Source: Eledone cirrhosa
Lineage: Eukaryota
Reading direction: 5' to 3'
Length of the DNA stretch: 64,000 nucleotides
NCBI GenBank assembly: GCA_964016885.1
Contig: OZ024740.1
Span: 108,748,001 to 108,812,000 of the forward strand
The number at the start of each line of letters is the position of its first letter. Position 1 is the stretch's first letter. This document shows, piece after piece, positions 37,801-51,900 of the stretch. The notes beneath the pieces were generated by a model that did no database searches, had not been told where the DNA came from, and worked only from the letters and a program-made list of their open reading frames with translations. A program made the position numbers and the translations under genes.

Positions 37801-40800
37801 AAATATAGTAATGAAAGAGTTGATGACATAGGCTGTGTCTTTCATTAGAAATATTGTAATGAAAGGGTTGATGACATAGGCAGTGTCTTTCATTAGAAAT
37901 ATAGTAATGAAAGAGTTGATGACATAGGCAGTGTCTTTCATTAGAAATATAGTAATGAAAGGGTTGATGACATAGGCAGTGTCATCATTAGAAATATAGT
38001 AATGAAAGGGTTGATGACATAGGCAGTGTCTTTCATTAGAAATATAGTAATGAAAGGGTTGATGACATAAGCAGTGTCTTTCATTAGAAATATAGTAATG
38101 AAAGGGTTGATGACATAGGCAATATCATCATTAGAAATATAGTAATGAAAGGGTTGATGACATAGGCAGTGTCTTTCATTAGAAATATAGTAATGAAAGA
38201 GTTGATGACATAGGCTGTGTCTTTCATTAGAAATATTGTAATGAAAGGGTTGATGACATAGGCAGTGTCTTTCATTAGAAATATAGTAATGAAAGGGTTG
38301 ATGACATAGGCAGTGTCTTTCATTAGAAATATTGTAATGAATGGATTAATGACATAGGCAGTGTCATCATTAGAAATATTGTAATGAAAGGGTTGATGAC
38401 ATAGGCAGTGTCTTTCATTAGAAATGAGGTAAGTAAAGGGTTGATGACATAGTCAGTGTCTTTCATTAGAAATATTGTAATGAATGGATTAATGACATAG
38501 GCAGTGTCTTTCATTAGAAATATAGTAATGAAAGGGTTGATGACATAGGCAGTGTCTTTCATTAGAAATATAGTAATGAAAGGGTTGATGACATAGGCAG
38601 TGTCTTTCATTAGAAATATTGTAATGAAAGGGTTGATGACATAGGCAGTCTATTTCATTAGAAATATAGTAATGAAAGGGTTGATGACATAGGCAGTGTC
38701 TTTCTTTAGAAATATAGTAATGAAAGGGTTGATGACATAGGCAGTGTCTTTCATTAGAAATATAGTAATGAAAGGGTTGATGACATAGGCAGTGTCTTTC
38801 ATTAGAAATATAGTAATGAAAGGGTTGATGACATAGGCAGTCTATTTCATTAGAAATATAGTAATGAAAGGGTTGATGACATAGGCAGTGTCTTTCTTTA
38901 GAAATATAGTAATGAAAGGGTTGATGACATAGGCAGTGTCTTTCATTAGAAATATAGTAATGAAAGGGTTGATGACATAGGCAGTGTCTTTCATTAGAAA
39001 TATAGTAATGAAAGAGTTGATGACATAGGCTGTGTCTTTCATTAGAAATATTGTAATGAAAGGGTTGATGACATAGGCAGTGTCTTTCATTAGAAATATA
39101 GTAATGAAAGAGTTGATGACATAGGCAGTGTCTTTCATTAGAAATATAGTAATGAAAGGGTTGATGACATAGGCAGTGTCATCATTAGAAATATAGTAAT
39201 GAAAGGGTTGATGACATAGGCAGTGTCTTTCATTAGAAATATAGTAATGAAAGGGTTGATGACATAGGCAGTGTCTTTCTTTAGAAATATAGTAATGAAA
39301 GGGTTGATGACATAGGCAGTGTCTTTCATTAGAAATATAGTAATGAAAGGGTTGATGACATAGGCAGTGTCTTTCATTAGAAATATAGTAATGAAAGAGT
39401 TGATGACATAGGCTGTGTCTTTCATTAGAAATATTGTAATGAAAGGGTTGATGACATAGGCAGTGTCTTTCATTAGAAATATAGTAATGAAAGAGTTGAT
39501 GACATAGGCAGTGTCTTTCATTAGAAATATAGTAATGAAAGGGTTGATGACATAGGCAGTGTCATCATTAGAAATATAGTAATGAAAGGGTTGATGACAT
39601 AGGCAGTGTCTTTCATTAGAAATATAGTAATGAAAGGGTTGATGACATAAGCAGTGTCTTTCATTAGAAATATAGTAATGAAAGGGTTGATGACATAGGC
39701 AATATCATCATTAGAAATATAGTAATGAAAGGGTTGATGACATAGGCAGTGTCTTTCATTAGAAATATAGTAATGAAAGAGTTGATGACATAGGCTGTGT
39801 CTTTCATTAGAAATATTGTAATGAAAGGGTTGATGACATAGGCAGTGTCTTTCATTAGAAATATAGTAATGAAAGGGTTGATGACATAGGCAGTGTCTTT
39901 CATTAGAAATATTGTAATGAATGGATTAATGACATAGGCAGTGTCATCATTAGAAATATTGTAATGAAAGGGTTGATGACATAGGCAGTGTCTTTCATTA
40001 GAAATGAGGTAAGTAAAGGGTTGATGACATAGTCAGTGTCTTTCATTAGAAATATTGTAATGAATGGATTAATGACATAGGCAGTGTCTTTCATTAGAAA
40101 TATAGTAATGAAAGGGTTGATGACATAGGCAGTGTCTTTCATTAGAAATATAGTAATGAAAGGGTTGATGACATAGGCAGTGTCTTTCATTAGAAATATT
40201 GTAATGAAAGGGTTGATGACATAGGCAGTCTATTTCATTAGAAATATAGTAATGAAAGGGTTGATGACATAGGCAGTGTCTTTCTTTAGAAATATAGTAA
40301 TGAAAGGGTTGATGACATAGGCAGTGTCTTTCATTAGAAATATAGTAATGAAAGGGTTGATGACATAGGCAGTCTATTTCATTAGAAATATAGTAATGAA
40401 AGGGTTGATGACATAGGCAGTGTCTTTCTTTAGAAATATAGTAATGAAAGGGTTGATGACATAGGCAGTGTCTTTCATTAGAAATATAGTAATGAAAGGG
40501 TTGATGACATAGGCAGTGTCTTTCATTAGAAATATAGTAATGAAAGAGTTGATGACATAGGCTGTGTCTTTCATTAGAAATATTGTAATGAAAGGGTTGA
40601 TGACATAGGCAGTGTCTTTCATTAGAAATATAGTAATGAAAGAGTTGATGACATAGGCAGTGTCTTTCATTAGAAATATAGTAATGAAAGGGTTGATGAC
40701 ATAGGCAGTGTCATCATTAGAAATATAGTAATGAAAGGGTTGATGACATAGGCAGTGTCTTTCATTAGAAATATAGTAATGAAAGGGTTGATGACATAAG

Positions 40801-41720
40801 CAGTGTCTTTCATTAGAAATATAGTAATGAAAGGGTTGATGACATAGGCAATATCATCATTAGAAATATAGTAATGAAAGGGTTGATGACATAGGCAGTG
40901 TCTTTCATTAGAAATATAGTAATGAAAGAGTTGATGACATAGGCTGTGTCTTTCATTAGAAATATTGTAATGAAAGGGTTGATGACATAGGCAGTGTCTT
41001 TCATTAGAAATATAGTAATGAAAGGGTTGATGACATAGGCAGTGTCTTTCATTAGAAATATTGTAATGAAAGGGTTGATGACATAGGCAGTGTCTTTCAT
41101 TAGAAATATAGTAATGAAAGGGTTGATGACATAGGCAGTGTCTTTCATTAGAAATATAGTAATGAAAGAGTTGATGACATAGGCTGTGTCTTTCATTAGA
41201 AATATTGTAATGAATGGATTAATGACATAGGCAGTGTCATCATTAGAAATATTGTAATGAAAGGGTTGATGACATAGGCAGTGTCTTTCATTAGAAATGA
41301 GGTAAGTAAAGGGTTGATGACATAGGCAGTGTCTTTCATTAGAAATATTGTAATGAATGGATTAATGACATAGGCAGTGTCTTTCATTAGAAATATAGTA
41401 ATGAAAGGGTTGATGACATAGGCAGTGTCTTTCATTAGAAATATAGTAATGAAAGGGTTGATGACATAGGCAGTGTCTTTCATTAGAAATATAGTAATGA
41501 AAGGGTTGATGACATAGGCAGTGTCTTTCATTAGAAATATAGTAATGAAAGAGTTGATGACATAGGCTGTGTCTTTCATTAGAAATATTGTAATGAAAGG
41601 GTTGATGACATAGGCAGTGTCTTTCATTAGAAATATAGTAATGAAAGAGTTGATGACATAGGCAGTGTCTTTCATTAGAAATATAGTAATGAAAGGGTTG
41701 ATGACATAAGCAGTGTCTTT
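33800..41720. repeat. ~4.0 kb tandem duplication (period 4,022 bp)
   Basis: Matching ORF coordinates 34820/38842, 35116/39138, 35642/39664, 36352/40374, 36791/40813 and 37174/41196. Boundaries are approximate. Confidence 0.85.
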
Positions 41721-44545
41721 CATTAGAAATATAGTAATGAAAGGGTTGATGACATAGGCAATATCATCATTAGAAATATAGTAATGAAAGGGTTGATGAC
41801 ATAGGCAGTGTCTTTCATTAGAAATATAGTAATGAAAGAGTTGATGACATAGGCTATGTCTTTCATTAGAAATATTGTAATGAAAGGGTTGATGACATAG
41901 GCAGTGTCTTTCATTAGAAATATAGTAATGAAAGGGTTGATGACATAGGCAGTGTCTTTCATTAGAAATATTGTAATGAATGGATTAATGACATAGGCAG
42001 TGTCATCATTAGAAATATTGTAATGAAAGGGTTGATGACATAGGCAGTGTCTTTCATTAGAAATGAGGTAAGTAAAGGGTTGATGACATAGTCAGTGTCT
42101 TTCATTAGAAATATTGTAATGAATGGATTAATGACATAGGCAGTGTCTTTCATTAGAAATATAGTAATGAAAGGGTTGATGACATAGGCAGTGTCTTTCA
42201 TTAGAAATATAGTAATGAAAGGGTTGATGACATAGGCAGTGTCTTTCATTAGAAATATTGTAATGAAAGGGTTGATGACATAGGCAGTCTATTTCATTAG
42301 AAATATAGTAATGAAAGGGTTGATGACATAGGCAGTGTCTTTCTTTAGATATATAGTAATGAAAGGGTTGATGACATAGGCAGTGTCTTTCATTAGAAAT
42401 ATAGTAATGAAAGGGTTGATGACATAGGCAGTGTCTTTCATTAGAAATATAGTAATGAAAGGGTTGATGACATAAGCAGTGTCTTTCATTAGAAATATAG
42501 TAATGAAAGGGTTGATGACATAGGCAATATCATCATTAGAAATATAGTAATGAAAGGGTTGATGACATAGGCAGTGTCTTTCATTAGAAATATTGTAATG
42601 AAAGGGTTGATGACATAGGCAGTGTCTTTCATTAGAAATATTGTAATGAAAGGGTTGATGACATAGGCAGTGTCTTTCATTAGAAATATAGTAATGAAAG
42701 GGTTGATGACATAGGCAATATCATCATTAGAAATATAGTAATGAAAGGGTTGATGACATAGGCAGTGTCTTTCATTAGAAATATAGTAATGAAAGAGTTG
42801 ATGACATAGGCTGTGTCTTTCATTAGAAATATTGTAATGAAAGGGTTGATGACATAGGCAGTGTCTTTCATTAGAAATATAGTAATGAAAGGGTTGATGA
42901 CATAGGCAGTGTCTTTCATTAGAAATATTGTAATGAAAGGGTTGATGACATAGGCAGTGTCTTTCATTAGAAATATAGTAATGAAAGGGTTGATGACATA
43001 GGCAGTGTCTTTCATTAGAAATATAGTAATGAAAGAGTTGATGACATAGGCTGTGTCTTTCATTAGAAATATTGTAATGAATGGATTAATGACATAGGCA
43101 GTGTCATCATTAGAAATATTGTAATGAAAGGGTTGATGACATAGGCAGTGTCTTTCATTAGAAATGAGGTAAGTAAAGGGTTGATGACATAGGCAGTGTC
43201 TTTCATTAGAAATATTGTAATGAATGGATTAATGACATAGGCAGTGTCTTTCATTAGAAATATAGTAATGAAAGGGTTGATGACATAGGCAGTGTCTTTC
43301 ATTAGAAATATAGTAATGAAAGGGTTGATGACATAGGCAGTGTCTTTCATTAGAAATATAGTAATGAAAGGGTTGATGACATAGGCAGTGTCTTTCATTA
43401 GAAATATAGTAATGAAAGAGTTGATGACATAGGCTGTGTCTTTCATTAGAAATATTGTAATGAAAGGGTTGATGACATAGGCAGTGTCTTTCATTAGAAA
43501 TATAGTAATGAAAGAGTTGATGACATAGGCAGTGTCTTTCATTAGAAATATAGTAATGAAAGGGTTGATGACATAAGCAGTGTCTTTCATTAGAAATATA
43601 GTAATGAAAGGGTTGATGACATAGGCAATATCATCATTAGAAATATAGTAATGAAAGGGTTGATGACATAGGCAGTGTCTTTCATTAGAAATATAGTAAT
43701 GAAAGAGTTGATGACATAGGCTGTGTCTTTCATTAGAAATATTGTAATGAAAGGGTTGATGACATAGGCAGTGTCTTTCATTAGAAATATAGTAATGAAA
43801 GGGTTGATGACATAGGCAGTGTCTTTCATTAGAAATATTGTAATGAATGGATTAATGACATAGGCAGTGTCATCATTAGAAATATTGTAATGAAAGGGTT
43901 GATGACATAGGCAGTGTCTTTCATTAGAAATAAGGTAAGTAAAGGGTTGATGACATAGTCAGTGTCTTTCATTAGAAATATTGTAATGAATGGATTAATG
44001 ACATAGGCAGTGTCTTTCATTAGAAATATAGTAATGAAAGGGTTGATGACATAGGCAGTGTCTTTCATTAGAAATATAGTAATGAAAGGGTTGATGACAT
44101 AGGCAGTGTCTTTCATTAGAAATATTGTAATGAAAGGGTTGATGACATAGGCAGTCTATTTCATTAGAAATATAGTAATGAAAGGGTTGATGACATAGGC
44201 AGTGTCTTTCTTTAGAAATATAGTAATGAAAGGGTTGATGACATAGGCAGTGTCTTTCATTAGAAATATAGTAATGAAAGGGTTGATGACATAGGCAGTG
44301 TCTTTCATTAGAAATATAGTAATGAAAGGGTTGATGACATAAGCAGTGTCTTTCATTAGAAATATAGTAATGAAAGGGTTGATGACATAGGCAATATCAT
44401 CATTAGAAATATAGTAATGAAAGGGTTGATGACATAGGCAGTGTCTTTCATTAGAAATATTGTAATGAAAGGGTTGATGACATAGGCAGTGTCTTTCATT
44501 AGAAATATTGTAATGAAAGGGTTGATGACATAGGCAGTGTCTTTC
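40811..44545. repeat. 1,867-bp tandem duplication (39 monomers)
   Basis: Matching ORF coordinates 40813/42680, 41196/43063, 41723/43590, 41962/43829, 42289/44156 and 42489/44356. Confidence 0.85.
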
Positions 44546-47500
44546 ATTAGAAATATAGTAATGAAAGGGTTGATGACATAGGCAGTGTCATCATTAGAAA
44601 TATAGTAATGAAAGGGTTGATGACATAGGCAGTGTCTTTCATTAGAAATATAGTAATGAAAGGGTTGATGACATAAGCAGTGTCTTTCATTAGAAATATA
44701 GTAATGAAAGGGTTGATGACATAGGCAATATCATCATTAGAAATATAGTAATGAAAGGGTTGATGACATAGGCAGTGTCTTTCATTAGAAATATAGTAAT
44801 GAAAGAGTTGATGACATAGGCAGTGTCTTTCATTAGAAATATAGTAATGAAAGGGTTGATGACATAAGCAGTGTCTTTCATTAGAAATATAGTAATGAAA
44901 GGGTTGATGACATAGGCAATATCATCTTTAGAAATATAGTAATGAAAGGGTTGATGACATAGGCAGTGTCTTTCATTAGAAATATAGTAATGAAAGAGTT
45001 GATGACATAGGCTGTGTCTTTCATTAGAAATATTGTAATGAAAGGGTTGATGACATAGGCAGTGTCTTTCATTAGAAATATTGTAATGAAAGGGTTGATG
45101 ACATAGGCAGTGTCTTTCATTAGAAATATAGTAATGAAAGGGTTGATGACATAGGCAGTGTCATCATTAGAAATATAGTAATGAAAGGGTTGATGACATA
45201 GGCAGTGTCTTTCATTAGAAATATAGTAATGAAAGGGTTGATGACATAAGCAGTGTCTTTCATTAGAAATATAGTAATGAAAGGGTTGATGACATAGGCA
45301 ATATCATCATTAGAAATATAGTAATGAAAGGGTTGATGACATAGGCAGTGTCTTTCATTAGAAATATAGTAATGAAAGAGTTGATGACATAGGCTGTGTC
45401 TTTCATTAGAAATATTGTAATGAAAGGGTTGATGACATAGGCAGTGTCTTTCATTAGAAATATAGTAATGAAAGGGTTGATGACATAGGCAGTGTCTTTC
45501 ATTAGAAATATTGTAATGAATGGATTAATGACATAGGCAGTGTCATCATTAGAAATATTGTAATGAAAGGGTTGATGACATAGGCAGTGTCTTTCATTAG
45601 AAATGAGGTAAGTAAAGGGTTGATGACATAGGCAGTGTCTTTCATTAGAAATATTGTAATGAATGGATTAATGACATAGGCAGTGTCTTTCATTAGAAAT
45701 ATAGTAATGAAAGGGTTGATGACATAGGCAGTGTCTTTCATTAGAAATATAGTAATGAAAGGGTTGATGACATAGGCAGTGTCTTTCATTAGAAATATTG
45801 TAATGAAAGGGTTGATGACATAGGCAGTCTATTTCATTAGAAATATAGTAATGAAAGGGTTGATGACATAGGCAGTGTCTTTCTTTAGAAATATAGTAAT
45901 GAAAGGGTTGATGACATAGGCAGTGTCTTTCATTAGAAATATAGTAATGAAAGGGTTGATGACATAGGCAGTGTCTTTCACTAGAAATATAGTAATGAAA
46001 GAGTTGATGACATAGGCTGTGTCTTTCATTAGAAATATTGTAATGAAAGGGTTGATGACATAGGCAGTGTCTTTCATTAGAAATATAGTAATGAAAGAGT
46101 TGATGACATAGGCAGTGTCTTTCATTAGAAATATAGTAATGAAAGGGTTGATGACATAGGCAGTGTCATCATTAGAAATATAGTAATGAAAGGGTTGATG
46201 ACATAGGCAGTGTCTTTCATTAGAAATATAGTAATGAAAGGGTTGATGACATAAGCAGTGTCTTTCATTAGAAATATAGTAATGAAAGGGTTGATGACAT
46301 AGGCAATATCATCATTAGAAATATAGTAATGAAAGGGTTGATGACATAGGCAGTGTCTTTCATTAGAAATATAGTAATGAAAGAGTTGATGACATAGGCT
46401 GTGTCTTTCATTAGAAATATTGTAATGAAAGGGTTGATGACATAGGCAGTGTCTTTCATTAGAAATATAGTAATGAAAGGGTTGATGACATAGGCAGTGT
46501 CTTTCATTAGAAATATTGTAATGAATGGATTAATGACATAGGCAGTGTCATCATTAGAAATATTGTAATGAAAGGGTTGATGACATAGGCAGTGTCTTTC
46601 ATTAGAAATGAGGTAAGTAAAGGGTTGATGACATAGTCAGTGTCTTTCATTAGAAATATTGTAATGAATGGATTAATGACATAGGCAGTGTCTTTCATTA
46701 GAAATATAGTAATGAAAGGGTTGATGACATAGGCAGTGTCTTTCATTAGAAATATAGTAATGAAAGGGTTGATGACATAGGCAGTGTCTTTCATTAGAAA
46801 TATTGTAATGAAAGGGTTGATGACATAGGCAGTCTATTTCATTAGAAATATAGTAATGAAAGGGTTGATGACATAGGCAGTGTCTTTCTTTAGAAATATA
46901 GTAATGAAAGGGTTGATGACATAGGCAGTGTCTTTCATTAGAAATATAGTAATGAAAGGGTTGATGACATAGGCAGTGTCTTTCATTAGAAATATAGTAA
47001 TGAAAGGGTTGATGACATAAGCAGTGTCTTTCATTAGAAATATAGTAATGAAAGGGTTGATGACATAGGCAATATCATCATTAGAAATATAGTAATGAAA
47101 GGGTTGATGACATAGGCAGTGTCTTTCATTAGAAATATTGTAATGAAAGGGTTGATGACATAGGCAGTGTCTTTCATTAGAAATATTGTAATGAAAGGGT
47201 TGATGACATAGGCAGTGTCTTTCATTAGAAATATAGTAATGAAAGGGTTGATGACATAGGCAGTGTCATCATTAGAAATATAGTAATGAAAGGGTTGATG
47301 ACATAGGCAGTGTCTTTCATTAGAAATATAGTAATGAAAGGGTTGATGACATAAGCAGTGTCTTTCATTAGAAATATAGTAATGAAAGGGTTGATGACAT
47401 AGGCAATATCATCATTAGAAATATAGTAATGAAAGGGTTGATGACATAGGCAGTGTCTTTCATTAGAAATATAGTAATGAAAGAGTTGATGACATAGGCA

Positions 47501-48943
47501 GTGTCTTTCATTAGAAATATAGTAATGAAAGGGTTGATGACATAAGCAGTGTCTTTCATTAGAAATATAGTAATGAAAGGGTTGATGACATAGGCAATAT
47601 CATCTTTAGAAATATAGTAATGAAAGGGTTGATGACATAGGCAGTGTCTTTCATTAGAAATATAGTAATGAAAGGGTTGATGACATAAGCAGTGTCTTTC
47701 ATTAGAAATATAGTAATGAAAGGGTTGATGACATAGGCAATATCATCATTAGAAATATAGTAATGAAAGGGTTGATGACATAGGCAGTGTCTTTCATTAG
47801 AAATATAGTAATGAAAGAGTTGATGACATAGGCTGTGTCTTTCATTAGAAATATTGTAATGAAAGGGTTGATGACATAGGCAGTGTCTTTCATTAGAAAT
47901 ATAGTAATGAAAGGGTTGATGACATAGGCAGTGTCTTTCATTAGAAATATTGTAATGAATGGATTAATGACATAGGCAGTGTCATCATTAGAAATATTGT
48001 AATGAAAGGGTTGATGACATAGGCAGTGTCTTTCATTAGAAATGAGGTAAGTAAAGGGTTGATGACATAGGCAGTGTCTTTCATTAGAAATATTGTAATG
48101 AATGGATTAATGACATAGGCAGTGTCTTTCATTAGAAATATAGTAATGAAAGGGTTGATGACATAGGCAGTGTCTTTCATTAGAAATATAGTAATGAAAG
48201 GGTTGATGACATAGGCAGTGTCTTTCATTAGAAATATTGTAATGAAAGGGTTGATGACATAGGCAGTCTATTTCATTAGAAATATAGTAATGAAAGGGTT
48301 GATGACATAGGCAGTGTCTTTCTTTAGAAATATAGTAATGAAAGGGTTGATGACATAGGCAGTGTCTTTCATTAGAAATATAGTAATGAAAGGGTTGATG
48401 ACATAGGCAGTGTCTTTCACTAGAAATATAGTAATGAAAGAGTTGATGACATAGGCTGTGTCTTTCATTAGAAATATTGTAATGAAAGGGTTGATGACAT
48501 AGGCAGTGTCTTTCATTAGAAATATAGTAATGAAAGAGTTGATGACATAGGCAGTGTCTTTCATTAGAAATATAGTAATGAAAGGGTTGATGACATAGGC
48601 AGTGTCATCATTAGAAATATAGTAATGAAAGGGTTGATGACATAGGCAGTGTCTTTCATTAGAAATATAGTAATGAAAGGGTTGATGACATAAGCAGTGT
48701 CTTTCATTAGAAATATAGTAATGAAAGGGTTGATGACATAGGCAATATCATCATTAGAAATATAGTAATGAAAGGGTTGATGACATAGGCAGTGTCTTTC
48801 ATTAGAAATATAGTAATGAAAGAGTTGATGACATAGGCTGTGTCTTTCATTAGAAATATTGTAATGAAAGGGTTGATGACATAGGCAGTGTCTTTCATTA
48901 GAAATATAGTAATGAAAGGGTTGATGACATAGGCAGTGTCTTT

Positions 48944-51900
48944 CATTAGAAATATTGTAATGAATGGATTAATGACATAGGCAGTGTCATCATTAGAAAT
49001 ATTGTAATGAAAGGGTTGATGACATAGGCAGTGTCTTTCATTAGAAATGAGGTAAGTAAAGGGTTGATGACATAGTCAGTGTCTTTCATTAGAAATATTG
49101 TAATGAATGGATTAATGACATAGGCAGTGTCTTTCATTAGAAATATAGTAATGAAAGGGTTGATGACATAGGCAGTGTCTTTCATTAGAAATATAGTAAT
49201 GAAAGGGTTGATGACATAGGCAGTGTCTTTCATTAGAAATATTGTAATGAAAGGGTTGATGACATAGGCAGTCTATTTCATTAGAAATATAGTAATGAAA
49301 GGGTTGATGACATAGGCAGTGTCTTTCTTTAGAAATATAGTAATGAAAGGGTTGATGACATAGGCAGTGTCTTTCATTAGAAATATAGTAATGAAAGGGT
49401 TGATGACATAGGCAGTGTCTTTCATTAGAAATATAGTAATGAAAGGGTTGATGACATAAGCAGTGTCTTTCATTAGAAATATAGTAATGAAAGGGTTGAT
49501 GACATAGGCAATATCATCATTAGAAATATAGTAATGAAAGGGTTGATGACATAGGCAGTGTCTTTCATTAGAAATATAGTAATGAAAGAGTTGATGACAT
49601 AGGCTGTGTCTTTCATTAGAAATATTGTAATGAAAGGGTTGATGACATAGGCAGTGTCTTTCATTAGAAATATTGTAATGAAAGGGTTGATGACATAGGC
49701 AGTGTCTTTCATTAGAAATATAGTAATGAAAGGGTTGATGACATAGGCAGTGTCATCATTAGAAATATAGTAATGAAAGGGTTGATGACATAGGCAGTGT
49801 CTTTCATTAGAAATATAGTAATGAAAGGGTTGATGACATAAGCAGTGTCTTTCATTAGAAATATAGTAATGAAAGGGTTGATGACATAGGCAATATCATC
49901 ATTAGAAATATAGTAATGAAAGGGTTGATGACATAGGCAGTGTCTTTCATTAGAAATATAGTAATGAAAGAGTTGATGACATAGGCTGTGTCTTTCATTA
50001 GAAATATTGTAATGAAAGGGTTGATGACATAGGCAGTGTCTTTCATTAGAAATATAGTAATGAAAGGGTTGATGACATAGGCAGTGTCTTTCATTAGAAA
50101 TATTGTAATGAATGGATTAATGACATAGACAGTGTCATCATTAGAAATATTGTAATGAAAGGGTTGATGATATAGGCAGTGTCTTTCATTAGAAATGAGG
50201 TAAGTAAAGGGTTGATGACATAGGCAGTGTCTTTCATTAGAAATATTGTAATGAATGGATTAATGACATAGGCAGTGTCTTTCATTAGAAATATAGTAAT
50301 GAAAGGGTTGATGACATAGGCAGTGTCTTTCATTAGAAATATAGTAATGAAAGGGTTGATGACATAGGCAGTGTCTTTCATTAGAAATATTGTAATGAAT
50401 GGATTAATGACATAGGCAGTGTCTTTCATTAGAAATATAGTAATGAAAGGGTTGATGACATAGGCAGTGTCTTTCATTAGAAATATAGTAATGAAAGGGT
50501 TGATGACATAGGCAGTGTCTTTCATTAGAAATATTGTAATGAAAGGGTTGATGACATAGGCAGTCTATTTCATTAGAAATATAGTAATGAAAGGGTTGAT
50601 GACATAGGCAGTGTCTTTCTTTAGAAATATAGTAATGAAAGGGTTGATGACATAGGCAGTGTCTTTCATTAGAAATATAGTAATGAAAGGGTTGATGACA
50701 TAGGCAGTGTCTTTCACTAGAAATATAGTAATGAAAGAGTTGATGACATAGGCTGTGTCTTTCATTAGAAATATTGTAATGAAAGGGTTGATGACATAGG
50801 CAGTGTCTTTCATTAGAAATATAGTAATGAAAGAGTTGATGACATAGGCAGTGTCTTTCATTAGAAATATAGTAATGAAAGGGTTGATGACATAGGCAGT
50901 GTCATCATTAGAAATATAGTAATGAAACGGTTGATGACATAGGCAGTGTCTTTCATTAGAAATATAGTAATGAAAGGGTTGATGACATAAGCAGTGTCTT
51001 TCATTAGAAATATAGTAATGAAAGGGTTGATGACATAGGCAATATCATCATTAGAAATATAGTAATGAAAGGGTTGATGACATAGGCAGTGTCTTTCATT
51101 AGAAATATAGTAATGAAAGAGTTGATGACATAGGCTGTGTCTTTCATTAGAAATATTGTAATGAAAGGGTTGATGACATAGGCAGTGTCTTTCATTAGAA
51201 ATATAGTAATGAAAGGGTTGATGACATAGGCAGTGTCTTTCATTAGAAATATTGTAATGAATGGATTAATGACATAGGCAGTGTCATCATTAGAAATATT
51301 GTAATGAAAGGGTTGATGACATAGGCAGTGTCTTTCATTAGAAATGAGGTTAGTAAAGGGTTGATGACATAGTCAGTGTCTTTCATTAGAAATATTGTAA
51401 TGAATGGATTAATGACATAGGCAGTGTCTTTCATTAGAAATATAGTAATGAAAGGGTTGATGACATAGGCAGTGTCTTTCATTAGAAATATAGTAATGAA
51501 AGGGTTGATGACATAGGCAGTGTCTTTCATTAGAAATATTGTAATGAAAGGGTTGATGACATAGGCAGTCTATTTCATTAGAAATATAGTAATGAAAGGG
51601 TTGATGACATAGGCAGTGTCTTTCTTTAGAAATATAGTAATGAAAGGGTTGATGACATAGGCAGTGTCTTTCATTAGAAATATAGTAATGAAAGGGTTGA
51701 TGACATAGGCAGTGTCTTTCATTAGAAATATAGTAATGAAAGGGTTGATGACATAAGCAGTGTCTTTCATTAGAAATATAGTAATGAAAGGGTTGATGAC
51801 ATAGGCAATATCATCATTAGAAATATAGTAATGAAAGGGTTGATGACATAGGCAGTGTCTTTCATTAGAAATATAGTAATGAAAGAGTTGATGACATAGG

